Source: Actinomycetes bacterium
GTDB taxonomy: Bacteria; Actinomycetota; Thermoleophilia; BMS3ABIN01
Direction of reading: 5' to 3'
Length of the DNA: 64,000 bases
Assembly (NCBI GenBank): GCA_021787475.1
Contig: JAJYLW010000012.1
Span: 3,074 to 67,073 of the forward strand
In this document: positions 1-9,384 of the stretch, piece by piece
Layout of the letters: every line of letters starts with the position of its first letter
How positions within the stretch are numbered: position 1 is the first letter of the stretch
Program-made: the position numbers and the translations under genes
Notes under the pieces: model-generated
The model's input: only the letters and a program-made list of their open reading frames with translations
Database searches by the model: none
What the model was told of the DNA's origin: nothing

Positions 1-2
1 TG

Positions 3-608
3 ATTGCTGATGCTGCCGGTGGCAAGTGGCCGGAACGGGCCAGAAAGGCAGCGCTTGCGCTCTCAGGCGAACACGAGCCCGAAGACGATTCATTAGGCGT
101 CCGCCTGCTGGCTGATTGCCAAACGGTATTTGAGAAAACGGGGAAAGATCGTCTGCCATCCAAGGACCTGCTCGGTCACCTTGCCGAACTCGAAGAATCA
201 CCATGGAATGACATCGGCCTCACGGTTCGAAAGTTGGCGTCCATGCTCAAGCGTTACGACGTTAAGTCCAAACAGCTTAATCTTGAAAGTAGCAATCCCC
301 GCGGCTACCCAAAAACCGCTTTTTTAGACGCTTGGAAGCGCTATTCTGCCTCCAAAGTGCTTGAAGTGCTTAAACCCGCTGATAGAGCGGAAAACAGCCA
401 TTTTCAAAGTGCTTGCGGTTCAGATTCCAAGCACTTAAAAAACAGTCAAAAACCCGCTGATAGAGCGAAACAAGCACTTCAAGCAGATAAAACCCCAAAT
501 ATAGGGGCGGGAGAGAAAAGAGAGGAATCAAAACCGCCCGGCCAAACCCTGCCGCTGGCATCACTTGAACCGGAATCCGAGCCAGAAATGGAGGTCGATT
601 ACTTTTGA
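3..608 (+). CDS. DUF3631-like replication-associated protein, 5'-truncated by the window edge
   Basis: Frame open from base 3: IADAAGGKWPERARKAA...LGVRLLADC...LAELEESPW...LASMLKRYDVKS...RGY..AFLDAWKRY, which matches the DUF3631 pattern. Confidence 0.75.
   Translation: MADAAGGKWPERARKAALALSGEHEPEDDSLGVRLLADCQTVFEKTGKDRLPSKDLLGHLAELEESPWNDIGLTVRKLASMLKRYDVKSKQLNLESSNPRGYPKTAFLDAWKRYSASKVLEVLKPADRAENSHFQSACGSDSKHLKNSQKPADRAKQALQADKTPNIGAGEKREESKPPGQTLPLASLEPESEPEMEVDYF
355..479. repeat. Iteron-like cluster: AAGTGCTT x3 forward, x2 inverted, plus an 18-bp direct repeat
   Basis: AAGTGCTT at 355, 364, 407; AAGCACTT at 429, 472; AAACCCGCTGATAGAGCG at 372 and 450. Confidence 0.7.
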
Positions 609-1021
609 TCACGCCAGAAAAAATCATCCAAAAAGTAAAGGCCCTCGGCTTCGAGCTGAGGGCCTCGGAGGGTAACCTCAAACTAGAGCGGCCTGCTGGC
701 TCCACACTGCCGCCGGAACTGGCCACTGCCATAAAAGAGACCAAGCAAGAGCTACTAATGCACCTCACGCACCAGACAAAAAAACTAATCCACTGCGGCC
801 ACACTGACTTTAACGCTTGGCGACTCGACCAGGACGGCGGCAAGTGGATATGCGGAATCTGCCACCCGCCGGGCAGGGATGACGTAATCTTTGCCGGCGG
901 CTGCGTGATCGCCTACTCAAACGGCGTGCGGGTCATTCCCGGTTCGCTCACGTGGGAGCAGGCCGGGGAACTGCTGGAAAAAGCCAGGCGCGAATCACGC
1001 AAAGAGGCTATGGCGATATGA
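605..1021 (+). CDS. Element-encoded protein with TubC-N/primase-associated-like N-terminus and Cys/His motif
   Basis: LGFELRASEGNLKL...LPPELATAIKETKQELL; CGH...CGICHP; 4-bp overlap with the upstream gene. Confidence 0.6.
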   Translation: MITPEKIIQKVKALGFELRASEGNLKLERPAGSTLPPELATAIKETKQELLMHLTHQTKKLIHCGHTDFNAWRLDQDGGKWICGICHPPGRDDVIFAGGCVIAYSNGVRVIPGSLTWEQAGELLEKARRESRKEAMAI

Positions 1022-1434
1022 GCGGAAAGAAACGGTAGCGCAAATAACAGACGAAGAATTATTTTAATGGTGCAAATAATTTTTGTGGGACAGCCTGCAA
1101 ATCTAGACATTTTCTGCTGAAATTTCAGGCCAGGGGCCATTTTTAAGGTGCAATAATTTTTGTGGGATAATTACTAACGCGCGCGCGCATTCAAAAATGC
1201 ACCCGGCCCGGCGGCCAGGGGCTTATCAGGCGCACTGAGAGCGATTCTGCGGCGTTCACAGACGGAAGACGGCAGGGGATCCCGATTCGCGACCGGGCGC
1301 TAGAAATAAATGATGCAATTTGCGGGCTTGTGCGGTGTGTTACTAACTCCCCGGTCAGGCAGTTTCAGGACCTCGTCGGGAGTCTTTCATTTTAACTCTC
1401 AGGCCGGCCTCAAACGCTTAAAAACGGCGCGGTA

Positions 1435-1455
1435 TGTGGTGAATAGTGTGGTGAA
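1435..1455. repeat. Tandem 9-bp repeat TGTGGTGAA, putative integrase arm-type sites
   Basis: Copies at 1435-1443 and 1447-1455, about 70 bp from the tRNA fragment. Confidence 0.55.
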
Positions 1456-1526
1456 CATTGAACTAACATCCTTTCCAGCCAACAAATAGACTGAATAAAA
1501 TGTCATTACTTGCAGGCAAAAATGTT

Positions 1527-1576
1527 TGGAGCGGATGACGGGGATCGAACCCGCGGTCTTCGGCTCTTGAAGCCAA
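1527..1576 (-). pseudogene. tRNA 3'-half fragment (tRNA-Gly-like), att-site remnant
   Basis: Minus strand TTGGC-TTCAAGA-GCCGA-AGAC-CGCGGGTTCGATCCCCGTCATCCGCTCCA has a T-arm, acceptor 3' strand and CCA. No matching 5' GCGGATG or D-arm upstream. Confidence 0.75.
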
Positions 1577-1604
1577 TCTGTACTTCTGCGCCGCCGGCGG
1601 ATAG

Positions 1605-4061
1605 TTATGCCGTTCTCGCGGCCTTGAAGCGCCGCAGCCGAAGCGAGTTGCTGACAACCGTTACCGAAGACAGCCCCATGGCGCCGGCGGCAAAGATAGG
1701 GTTAAGCAGCAGGCCAAAAACCGGATAAAAGACGCCCGCGGCAATCGGGATCAGGGCGATGTTGTAAAAAAAGGCCCAGAACAGGTTCTGCCGGATCACC
1801 TGGATGGTGCGGCGGCTGAGAGAGATTGAAGTCACAACTCCCTTGAGGTCGCCGGAGATGAGGGTGATATCGGCCGCCTCCATGGCGATGTCCGTGCCTG
1901 TGCCGATGGCGATGCCGACATCCGCCTGGGCCAGCGCCGGCGCGTCGTTGATGCCGTCGCCGACCATTGCCACAATATGGCCCCCCGCCTGGAGGCGCTC
2001 GATTTCGCGAGTCTTGCCGCTGGGCAGCACCTCGGCGAGGACCCGATCCACGCCCGCCTGGACGCCGATGGCCTCGGCGGTTCGCCGGTTGTCGCCGGTG
2101 AGCATGACGACCTCGAGTCCCAGCCGGCGGAGCGCCGCCACTGCTTCCGGCGAGCCTTCCTTGAGGGTGTCGGCCACGCCGATGACGGCCGCCGCCTCGC
2201 TGTCAATGGCAATGAACACCGGCGTTTTCCCCTCCCTCGACAGGACGCGCGCCCTTTCCTCAAACCCGTTCAGCGCCAGCCCCCTGGCGGCAAGCAGGCC
2301 GGCGTTTCCGGCCAGCACCGCATGCCCGCCGACGCTGGCCTGAACACCCTGGCCGGCGAGAGCCTGGAAAGATTGGCAACTTTCCAGAGGTAGGCCCCGG
2401 GCGGCGGCGCCGCTGACAATCGCCTCCCCAAGGGGATGCTCGGAGCCCTGCTCCGCGGCCGCCACCAGCGCCAGCAGTTGCCGCTCATCCCATGCGTCGG
2501 TAATGATGTCGGTGACGGCCGGCTGCCCCGTTGTCAAGGTGCCGGTCTTGTCGAGAACAATTGTGTCAATTTTATGCGCCGTCTCAAGGGAATCGCCGCC
2601 GCGGATAAGCACGCCCGCTTCGGCCCCCTTGCCGGTGCCAACCATGATCGCCGTCGGCGTCGCCAGACCGAGGGCGCAGGGGCAGGCGATGATCAGCACG
2701 GCGACGAAATTAAGCAGCGCGTGCGTAAATGCCGGCGCCGGCCCAAGGGCCGCCCAGATGACAAAGGTAAGCGCCGCCGCCGCAAAAACCCCCGGGACGA
2801 AGAAGCCGGCGATAACATCGGCCAGCCGCGCAATCGGCGGCTTGCCGCCCTGTGCTTCCTCGACTAGCCGGATGATCTGGGCGAGGGCCGTCTCCCGGCC
2901 GACTCTGGTCGCCCGGAACCGGAAACTGCCCGTCTTGTTGATGGTGGCGCCGATCACCTCGTCACCGGGCTGCTTGGCCGCCGGCATGCTCTCCCCCGTG
3001 ATCATCGATTCATCGATGCTGGAGCCGCCCTCGACGAGGACGCCATCAACGGGCACGCGCTCGCCAGGGCGCATGATGACAATATCGCCGGCGTTGACAT
3101 CATCTACCGGCACGTCAACCTGCCGCCCGCCGCGCAGCACCCGCGCCGTCTTGGGCTTAAGCCCCATCAGCTTCCTGATCGCTTCCGACGTCTGGCCTCG
3201 CGCCCGCGCCTCCAGCATGCGGCCAAAAAGAATGAGCGTAATGATGATTGCCGCCGTGTCAAAATACATAGGGGTTCCCAACCCCTGGTTTTTAAAGAAG
3301 GAGGGAAACAGAACGCCGGCGACGCTGTAGAGGTAGGCAGAGGACGACCCCACCGCCACCAGGGTGTTCATGTTGGTGGACCGGTGCCTGGCCGCCCCGG
3401 CGGCGCCGGTGTAGAACTGCCAGCCCACCCAAAACTGCACCGGAGTGGCAAGAGCCCACATAACATACACATTGTTAAGCGGCCCCAGCGAGCCGAACCA
3501 GTGGGAGAAGCTGCCGGCGAAAACCGGGATTGAGAGCAGCGCGCCCACCAGCACCTTTAGTTGCAGGCGGCGGTACGCGCGCCGCCGCAGCCGCGCCTCG
3601 GCATCCTCACCGCCGGCCCCGGCAGCTTCCTCGCCCGTCCTGATGACCTTGTAACCGGCGGCCGCCACCACCCGGGCCAGATCTTCCGGCGTCGTTTCGC
3701 CGGCGATATATTCAACAGTCGCCTTCTCGGTGGCGAAATTGACCGATGTCGAGATAACGCCGTCCGCCGCCTGAAGCGCTTTCCCCACCCGCTCCGCACA
3801 GGAGGCGCAGGTCATGCCGCCAATGGCTAGGGTCGCTTTTTCCGTTATTGCCTTGTATCCGGCGCTTCTGACCGCTTCCGCCAGCGCGGCCGGTCCGGTC
3901 AGCCTCGGGTCGAACTTGACTACCGCTTTCTGCGTGCCAAAGTTGACATCGGCCTCCTTGATGCCCGGCAACTGCCTGAGCGCGCGCGCGTTGCGCTCGG
4001 CGCAGGTGGCGCAGCTCATGCCTTCGATGGGAATGGAAATCTGTTTGATTTTGGCGGGCAT
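1605..4061 (-). CDS. copA: Copper-translocating P1B-type ATPase
   Basis: Two GMxCxxC HMA domains, [34 protein letters not shown] and MxxSS motifs. Confidence 0.96.
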   Translation of the reverse strand: MPAKIKQISIPIEGMSCATCAERNARALRQLPGIKEADVNFGTQKAVVKFDPRLTGPAALAEAVRSAGYKAITEKATLAIGGMTCASCAERVGKALQAADGVISTSVNFATEKATVEYIAGETTPEDLARVVAAAGYKVIRTGEEAAGAGGEDAEARLRRRAYRRLQLKVLVGALLSIPVFAGSFSHWFGSLGPLNNVYVMWALATPVQFWVGWQFYTGAAGAARHRSTNMNTLVAVGSSSAYLYSVAGVLFPSFFKNQGLGTPMYFDTAAIIITLILFGRMLEARARGQTSEAIRKLMGLKPKTARVLRGGRQVDVPVDDVNAGDIVIMRPGERVPVDGVLVEGGSSIDESMITGESMPAAKQPGDEVIGATINKTGSFRFRATRVGRETALAQIIRLVEEAQGGKPPIARLADVIAGFFVPGVFAAAALTFVIWAALGPAPAFTHALLNFVAVLIIACPCALGLATPTAIMVGTGKGAEAGVLIRGGDSLETAHKIDTIVLDKTGTLTTGQPAVTDIITDAWDERQLLALVAAAEQGSEHPLGEAIVSGAAARGLPLESCQSFQALAGQGVQASVGGHAVLAGNAGLLAARGLALNGFEERARVLSREGKTPVFIAIDSEAAAVIGVADTLKEGSPEAVAALRRLGLEVVMLTGDNRRTAEAIGVQAGVDRVLAEVLPSGKTREIERLQAGGHIVAMVGDGINDAPALAQADVGIAIGTGTDIAMEAADITLISGDLKGVVTSISLSRRTIQVIRQNLFWAFFYNIALIPIAAGVFYPVFGLLLNPIFAAGAMGLSSVTVVSNSLRLRRFKAARTA

Positions 4062-4107
4062 CGCAATAATATTCTAGTGAATCAAAGAGCGATTTGTGCG
4101 GTTTCCC

Positions 4108-4135
4108 AACGCAAAACGCGAAACTCAAAACGCGA
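4108..4135 (+). repeat. 7-bp-period array (AACGCGA-like x4)
   Basis: aacgcaa aacgcga aactcaa aacgcga. Confidence 0.75.
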
Positions 4136-4145
4136 AGCTTATTTT

Positions 4146-5051
4146 ATGGTCATCGAAGCCCGGGCACTCAATAAAAGGTACGGCGACATCGTGGCGGTGG
4201 AGTCGCTCAACTTCAGCGTCGAAAAAGGCCGCTGCTACGGCCTCGTCGGCCCCAACGGCGCCGGCAAGACAACCACGATGAAGATGGTTTACTGCATCGT
4301 GACGCCGACGGCCGGCTCTTTGCGGGTGTTCGGCCTTGACGTCCGGGAGCATCCGCGCCGGATAAAGGCGCGGCTGGGAGTAGTGCCCCAGGAGAACAAC
4401 CTCGATCCCGACCTCACAACCTGGCAGAACCTGATGGTCTACGCCCGCTATTTCGGCCTGCCGCGGCAACTGGCGCGCGCTCGCTGCCGCGAGCAGCTTG
4501 ATTTTATGCACCTGAGCGACCGCGCCGACACGCCCGTGCCGGACCTCTCCGGCGGCATGAAGCGGCGGCTGATCATGTCGCGGGCGCTTGTCAACGATCC
4601 GGAGTTGATCATCCTCGACGAGCCGACAACGGGCCTGGACCCGCAGGTGCGCCACCTTATCTGGGACAAGCTGCTTGAGCTCAGGGATCGCGGCATAACG
4701 CTGCTGATGACTACCCACTACATGGACGAGGCGCAGAAGCTCTGCGATGAAATCATCATCATGGATGAAGCCCGGCGCATTGACGAAGGCAGCCCCGACG
4801 ATCTGATCCACAGGCACCTGCCCCCTTACGTGCTGGAAGTGAGGGCGGGCCGCGCGCTGGCGGCTGACATCCGCGGCCGCTTTCCGCAGATCAGCCACCA
4901 GGAGAGCGGCCGGAGCCTCTACTTTTACGGCGGCTCTTCGGCTGACTTCGACGGCATCCTGTCAACCTGGCCGCAGGTTGAGCGCGTGCTTAGGCCCGCC
5001 TCACTCGAGGACGTCTTCCTCAAGCTGACCGGCAGGGAGATACGGGCGTGA
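4146..5051 (+). CDS. ABC-2 exporter ATP-binding protein, NodI-like
   Basis: GPNGAGKTT, LSGGMKRR, LDEPTTGLD, VVPQENNLDPDL; ATG 4146 preferred as start. Confidence 0.92.
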   Translation: MVIEARALNKRYGDIVAVESLNFSVEKGRCYGLVGPNGAGKTTTMKMVYCIVTPTAGSLRVFGLDVREHPRRIKARLGVVPQENNLDPDLTTWQNLMVYARYFGLPRQLARARCREQLDFMHLSDRADTPVPDLSGGMKRRLIMSRALVNDPELIILDEPTTGLDPQVRHLIWDKLLELRDRGITLLMTTHYMDEAQKLCDEIIIMDEARRIDEGSPDDLIHRHLPPYVLEVRAGRALAADIRGRFPQISHQESGRSLYFYGGSSADFDGILSTWPQVERVLRPASLEDVFLKLTGREIRA

Positions 5052-5824
5052 GAAATGGGCTGCTGACAGTTACCCCCGCCTTTTTTAAGGTCTGGCTCAG
5101 AAACGCCCAGGTATACGTGGCGCTGCTTAAATTCAACATTATCCCGGCGCTGGTGGAGCCGATGCTTTTCATCATTGTCTTTGGCCTCGGACTTGGCTCC
5201 TACATTTCGGAGATCGAAGGCGTTCCTTACGTGAAATTCGTGGCCGCCGGCATCCTCGGCAGCGCTTCGATCATGCAAGCGACCTTTGAGTGCACTTACG
5301 GCTCCTTTTTCCGGATGAAGATCCAAAACACATTTGAGGGAATGATCTCAACGCCGATCAGCGCCGGCGAGGTTAGCCTGGCGGAGATACTCTGGGGCGC
5401 CAGCCGCGGTTTCTTCAACTCGGTGCTGGTCTTGAGCGCCCTCCTGGTTTTGGGCGTCGTCAATCACTGGCAGGCAGTTTTTGCGCCAGTGTTCATGTTT
5501 CTGGCCGCATTCAACTTTGCCGCCCTGGCGATACTGGTGACCAGCCGCATTGCCCAAATGGAGTACTTCCGCTTCTATTTCGCCGGCTTTGTCCTGCCGG
5601 CCCAGTTTCTGTGCGGCACATTCTTTCCCGTCTCCCGCTTTCCCGAGCCGGTGCAGCTGTTCGCCTGGGCAATTCCGTTTACCAGCTATGTGGACATAAC
5701 CAGGTCGCTGCTGCTGGACCGGCCCTCCTGGAGGCTGGGCCTGGAGGCAATCTACGCGCTCGCGGCCACGCTGCTCTTTACTGAGATAGCCGTCAGGAGC
5801 ATGCACAAGCGGCTCATTACTTAA
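5048..5824 (+). CDS. ABC-2 exporter permease, NodJ-like
   Basis: VWLRN, EPMLF...GLGLG, multiple TM segments, overlaps the ATPase gene. Confidence 0.9.
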   Translation: MRNGLLTVTPAFFKVWLRNAQVYVALLKFNIIPALVEPMLFIIVFGLGLGSYISEIEGVPYVKFVAAGILGSASIMQATFECTYGSFFRMKIQNTFEGMISTPISAGEVSLAEILWGASRGFFNSVLVLSALLVLGVVNHWQAVFAPVFMFLAAFNFAALAILVTSRIAQMEYFRFYFAGFVLPAQFLCGTFFPVSRFPEPVQLFAWAIPFTSYVDITRSLLLDRPSWRLGLEAIYALAATLLFTEIAVRSMHKRLIT

Positions 5825-5885
5825 ACTGATCATCCTCGCGAACACTTCTTCTTCCTGGCGCAAACAAAGTAAAATTGAAGGGATA

Positions 5886-6596
5886 ATGTTTACCGTAATC
5901 CTCCCAACCTATAACGAGTGCGAGAACCTGGAGCGGTTCGTCTCTTCCCTCAAGGAAGCTTTCCGGTCAAATGGCCTCGACGGGCGCATTATCGTCGTTG
6001 ATGACAATTCCCCCGACGGCACGGGCCGCATCGCCGACGAACTGGCAAGCTCGAACGGCCGCCTGTCCGTAATTCACCGGCCCAGGAAACGGGGAATCGG
6101 CCCCGCTTATGTGACCGGTTTCCGCGAGGCCCTGAAGACCGGCACCAGCTATATTTTTGAGATGGACTGCGATTTTTCGCACAATCCCGGCTACCTGCCC
6201 GACTTCCTCGACGCGATCAAGGAAGCCGACCTAGTATTGGGCTCCCGCTATGTTTCCGGCGGCCAGGTGGAAAACTGGGGTCTGGGCAGGCGCATGATCA
6301 GCCAGGGAGGCAGCCTGTACGCCAGGGCCATCCTTGGCGTCGGCGTTCATGACCTGACTGGCGGTTTCAAGTGCTTTCGCCGGGAAGTGCTGGAGGCACT
6401 CGACTTAAACAATGTGTCTTCGCAGGGATACGGCTTCCAGATTGAGATGACCTACAAAGCAATCAGGCTCGGGTTCAGGGTGAAAGAAATTCCGATAACG
6501 TTTTCTGACCGCCAACTGGGCCAGTCGAAAATGTCAAAAAAAATATTCCTGGAGGCGGCACCGCTGGTCTGGAAGCTGAGGCTTGGCCGGATTTGA
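5886..6596 (+). CDS. Polyprenol monophosphomannose synthase (GT2, Ppm1/DPM1-like)
   Basis: LPTYNE, VDDNSPDGTG, MDCDFSH, DLTGGFKCFRR, GYGFQIE. Confidence 0.92.
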   Translation: MFTVILPTYNECENLERFVSSLKEAFRSNGLDGRIIVVDDNSPDGTGRIADELASSNGRLSVIHRPRKRGIGPAYVTGFREALKTGTSYIFEMDCDFSHNPGYLPDFLDAIKEADLVLGSRYVSGGQVENWGLGRRMISQGGSLYARAILGVGVHDLTGGFKCFRREVLEALDLNNVSSQGYGFQIEMTYKAIRLGFRVKEIPITFSDRQLGQSKMSKKIFLEAAPLVWKLRLGRI

Positions 6597-6635
6597 TGCC
6601 TGCGGAACCGGAATCCTTTCCTGTCTCCGGCACTG

Positions 6636-7019
6636 CTACTTGATTCCAAGCTTCCGCTTGTCGAGCGCCTTGGCGACTGCTTCTTTTAACTCGGAGGGAG
6701 TGAACGGCTTGACCACGAATTCCCGAGCGCCCAGCCTGTCTGACTGGGTGGCCATGTCAAAAGTGCCCAGGCCGGTGATGACGATGGTGCTGATGTCCAT
6801 GCCCGCCTTTTTAATTATCTCGAGCAGGTCAAGTCCGGACATGTCCGGCATCATGATATCGGTAATCACCGCGTCGAAGTGACGGCTGCCAACGAGGTGG
6901 ATGGCCTGTTTTCCCGTTGACGCCGTGGTGACTTTGTATCCTTCCCCTTCCAGAATCTGAGTGCAGACCTCGCGGATTACTTCCTCATCGTCCACTACAA
7001 GGATACTTTCATCTATCAT
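6636..7019 (-). CDS. Single-domain response regulator (CheY-like receiver)
   Basis: ILVVDDE, DIMMPDMSG, ITG, KPF; no output domain. Confidence 0.9.
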   Translation of the reverse strand: MIDESILVVDDEEVIREVCTQILEGEGYKVTTASTGKQAIHLVGSRHFDAVITDIMMPDMSGLDLLEIIKKAGMDISTIVITGLGTFDMATQSDRLGAREFVVKPFTPSELKEAVAKALDKRKLGIK

Positions 7020-7065
7020 ATAATCTGGACCCCCAAAGTGGTTGGTGACAGGGCGTGTTTAATTT

Positions 7066-7093
7066 TTGTCGGAAAGCCGGTACAAATACTTGA
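7066..7093 (-). promoter_or_regulatory. Sigma-28-like promoter of the receiver-domain gene
   Basis: Minus strand TCAA-N16-TCCGACAA, similar to the FliA/SigD consensus TAAA-N15/16-GCCGATAA. Confidence 0.5.
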
Positions 7094-7140
7094 GAGGCGC
7101 GTTTTACATCCGAGTCAGAAACCGCCTCCACGAGTCTTAA

Positions 7141-7204
7141 GAGCCTGTCCCGGTCAGTAATTCGTGGCGACGCCGCAGCAGGATACACCTGCCGTGATAG
7201 GCTC
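7141..7204. repeat. MITE-like structured repeat, copy 1
   Basis: Terminal inverted repeat GAGCCTGTC/GATAGGCTC with two internal hairpins; homologous to 40802-40858. Confidence 0.6.
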
Positions 7205-7217
7205 CAAGGGAGGAAGC

Positions 7218-7400
7218 ATGTGCGAGATAACAGCGTACCTCGTCAGCAGCGGCAATGAAGAAGAGGTGATGCAGGATGTTGCCGTCATCGAAGCGGATGG
7301 CGACAAGCTGGTTCTGACGGACATCCTTGGCCAGAAAAAAACCATCAGTGCGCGCATCCGTGAAATCAGGCTGCTGGAGCACAAGGTTTACCTGGAGTAA
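7218..7400 (+). CDS. cooT: CooT-family nickel-binding protein
   Basis: MCE N-terminus, VMQDV, DILGQKK, LLEHKV; GGAGG Shine-Dalgarno (SD). Confidence 0.85.
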   Translation: MCEITAYLVSSGNEEEVMQDVAVIEADGDKLVLTDILGQKKTISARIREIRLLEHKVYLE

Positions 7401-8402
7401 ATGCATATTCCCGACGGCTATATCAGCCCCCAGACCGCCGGCGGGCTCTGGGCCCTGATGGTGCCGGTATGGTACGCCGCCGGCAACAGGATCAAGCGGA
7501 CCCTAAAGGCGCGGCAGGCCCCGCTGGTGGCAATCGGAGCCGCCTTCACTTTTATTGTCATGATGTTCAACGTTCCGGTGCCGGGCGGAACCAGCGGCCA
7601 CGCCGTCGGGGGCACGCTGGTGGCGGTGGTGCTGGGGCCCTGGGCGGCGGTCATTTCGGTCTCCGTGGCCCTTGTGATCCAGGCCTTTTTCTTTGGTGAC
7701 GGCGGCATCCTTGCCATCGGCGCCAACTGCTTCAACATGGCGTTTGCCCTGCCGGTGGCAGGGTACTACGTCTATCGGCTGGCGGCGGCCGGGTCGCCGC
7801 TGAGCAGCTTCCGGCGCTGGGCCGGCGCCGGCTTTGGCGCCTTCGCCGGCATCAACATTTCCGCTTTTCTGACAGCGACGGAGATAGGCATCCAGCCGGG
7901 CCTCTTTCATACTGCCAACGGCACGGCGCTCTACTCCCCTTACGGGCTTTCGCAAACCATTCCGGCGATGATGCTCGTCCACCTGACGGTTATCGGTTTC
8001 ATTGAGTTTGCCGTCACCGCCCTGGCGGTAGCCTACTTGCAGCGGGGCCATCTGGAGCTTCTGGGCGCACGGGCGACTGCCGCCGGCGGCTCCCGCTTAA
8101 AGCCGCTGCTTGTCGGGCTGCTGCTGGCGCTGATTTTCGTTCCCCTTGGGCTGATCGCCAGCGCCACCGCCTGGGGCGAATGGAGCCCGGATCAAATCAG
8201 GCAGCGGTTTGGCTTTGTGCCGAGGGGTATGAGCAGGTTTGCCGGGCTCTGGCAGGGGATAATCCCGCATTACGGCGCCGGCGGCGGCTTCTGGTCATCG
8301 ACCTCCGGCTATTTTCTGTCCGGCGCCATCGGGCTGGCGGCGGCCCTGGGTCTTGCTTTTCTGGTCGTGAAACTTATCCGCAGGGCAGACAGGCATGCCT
8401 GA
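7401..8402 (+). CDS. cbiM: ECF Ni/Co transporter S component CbiM/NikM fused to a CbiN/PDGLE-like region
   Basis: MHIPDG N-terminus, GGTSGH, FGDGG..AIGANCFNM, WGEW. Confidence 0.92.
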   Translation: MHIPDGYISPQTAGGLWALMVPVWYAAGNRIKRTLKARQAPLVAIGAAFTFIVMMFNVPVPGGTSGHAVGGTLVAVVLGPWAAVISVSVALVIQAFFFGDGGILAIGANCFNMAFALPVAGYYVYRLAAAGSPLSSFRRWAGAGFGAFAGINISAFLTATEIGIQPGLFHTANGTALYSPYGLSQTIPAMMLVHLTVIGFIEFAVTALAVAYLQRGHLELLGARATAAGGSRLKPLLVGLLLALIFVPLGLIASATAWGEWSPDQIRQRFGFVPRGMSRFAGLWQGIIPHYGAGGGFWSSTSGYFLSGAIGLAAALGLAFLVVKLIRRADRHA

Positions 8403-9369
8403 CCAGGATCCAAGCAAAACGGCACCGCCAACCGGACTGCCGGCCTGGATGGGCGGCGCCCGGCCGGCAACGGTCATGGCCGCCGTGCCGGGGCGGCGGC
8501 GCAAAGACAGCGCCGTCCAGAAAACGATCGAGGGCATCGCGGCGGCGCTCAAGACCAGCGTCTTTTCCGAAAAAATCGCGTCCCGCCCCGGCCTGCTGCA
8601 AAAAATGGATCCCCGGGCAAAGGCGGTATCGCTTCTGGGACTGCTCGTCGCGGCTGCCCTGGTCAGGCAGCCGCTGATCCTGCTGGGTCTTTATGCAGTT
8701 ACTACCGCCGCCGCCGGCGCTTCCCGCATCTCGCTCAAGTTCTTTTTAAAAAGAGTGTGGCTGTTTATCCCCGTCTTTGCCGGACTGATCGTCCTGCCAA
8801 GCATATTCAATGTAGTCAAAGCGGGCGATCCGCTGCTCACAATCTGGAATTTCGGCCATGAAGTCAGGCTCGGGCCGTGGTCGCTGGGAACTTCAATTGC
8901 GATCACGAAGCAGGGCCTCACCGGGGCGGCCATCCTCGTCCTCAGGGTCGCGGTGTCGGTTTCGCTGGCGGTGCTGCTGGCGCTCACCACCCGCTGGTCG
9001 GACCTGCTCAAGGCGCTGCGCGTGCTGTTTGTGCCGCGCGTGTTCATCCTGATTCTGTCGATGACGTACCGTTACATCTTCCTTCTTCTTGATCTTGCCG
9101 CTGAAATGTTTACGGCCCGCCGCAGCCGCATGGTGGGGCCATCGAGCCCCCGGGAAGACCGCCACTTTGCCGCCGCCAGCATCGGGACGCTATTGGGAAA
9201 ATCACATGCCCTCAGTGAAGAAGTCTACGCCGCCATGGTCAGCCGGGGCTATGACGGCGAGCCGCTTTCACTGCGCAGATTTCATATGCGCGGTCCGGAC
9301 TGGCTGCTTGCGCTTGCGGCCGCCGCCGCGGCGGCGGCCGCGATTGGAGCAGACCGCCTGCTGGGATAA
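8395..9369 (+). CDS. cbiQ: ECF Ni/Co transporter T component
   Basis: LQKMDPRAK, YRYIFLL, ARRSR, AMVSRGY. Confidence 0.9.
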   Translation: MPDQDPSKTAPPTGLPAWMGGARPATVMAAVPGRRRKDSAVQKTIEGIAAALKTSVFSEKIASRPGLLQKMDPRAKAVSLLGLLVAAALVRQPLILLGLYAVTTAAAGASRISLKFFLKRVWLFIPVFAGLIVLPSIFNVVKAGDPLLTIWNFGHEVRLGPWSLGTSIAITKQGLTGAAILVLRVAVSVSLAVLLALTTRWSDLLKALRVLFVPRVFILILSMTYRYIFLLLDLAAEMFTARRSRMVGPSSPREDRHFAAASIGTLLGKSHALSEEVYAAMVSRGYDGEPLSLRRFHMRGPDWLLALAAAAAAAAAIGADRLLG

Positions 9370-9384
9370 AATCGGGAATGATTT

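Larger units (their letters stand above)
1..1576. mobile_element. Right end of an integrated phage-satellite/ICE-like element (continues left of the window)
   Basis: DUF3631-like gene, phage-type small ORF, AT-richer non-coding DNA with repeats, tandem TGTGGTGAA repeats and a tRNA 3' fragment at the boundary with copA. Confidence 0.75.

Noticed and set aside
1527-1602. Complete tRNA with a CAA anticodon
   Set aside because: No 5' acceptor strand complementary to CATCCGC and no D-arm; treated as a fragment
7060-7130. Cobalamin riboswitch upstream of cbiMQO (GGAAAGCCGGTACAAAT...GAGTCAGAAACC)
   Set aside because: The P4 stem is broken and the CCCGCAACTG/GCCACTG cores are absent; the stretch is better explained as a minus-strand sigma-28-like promoter
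9315-9342. GCC/GCG runs at the end of cbiQ and in ddl
   Set aside because: Poly-alanine coding in a GC-rich genome
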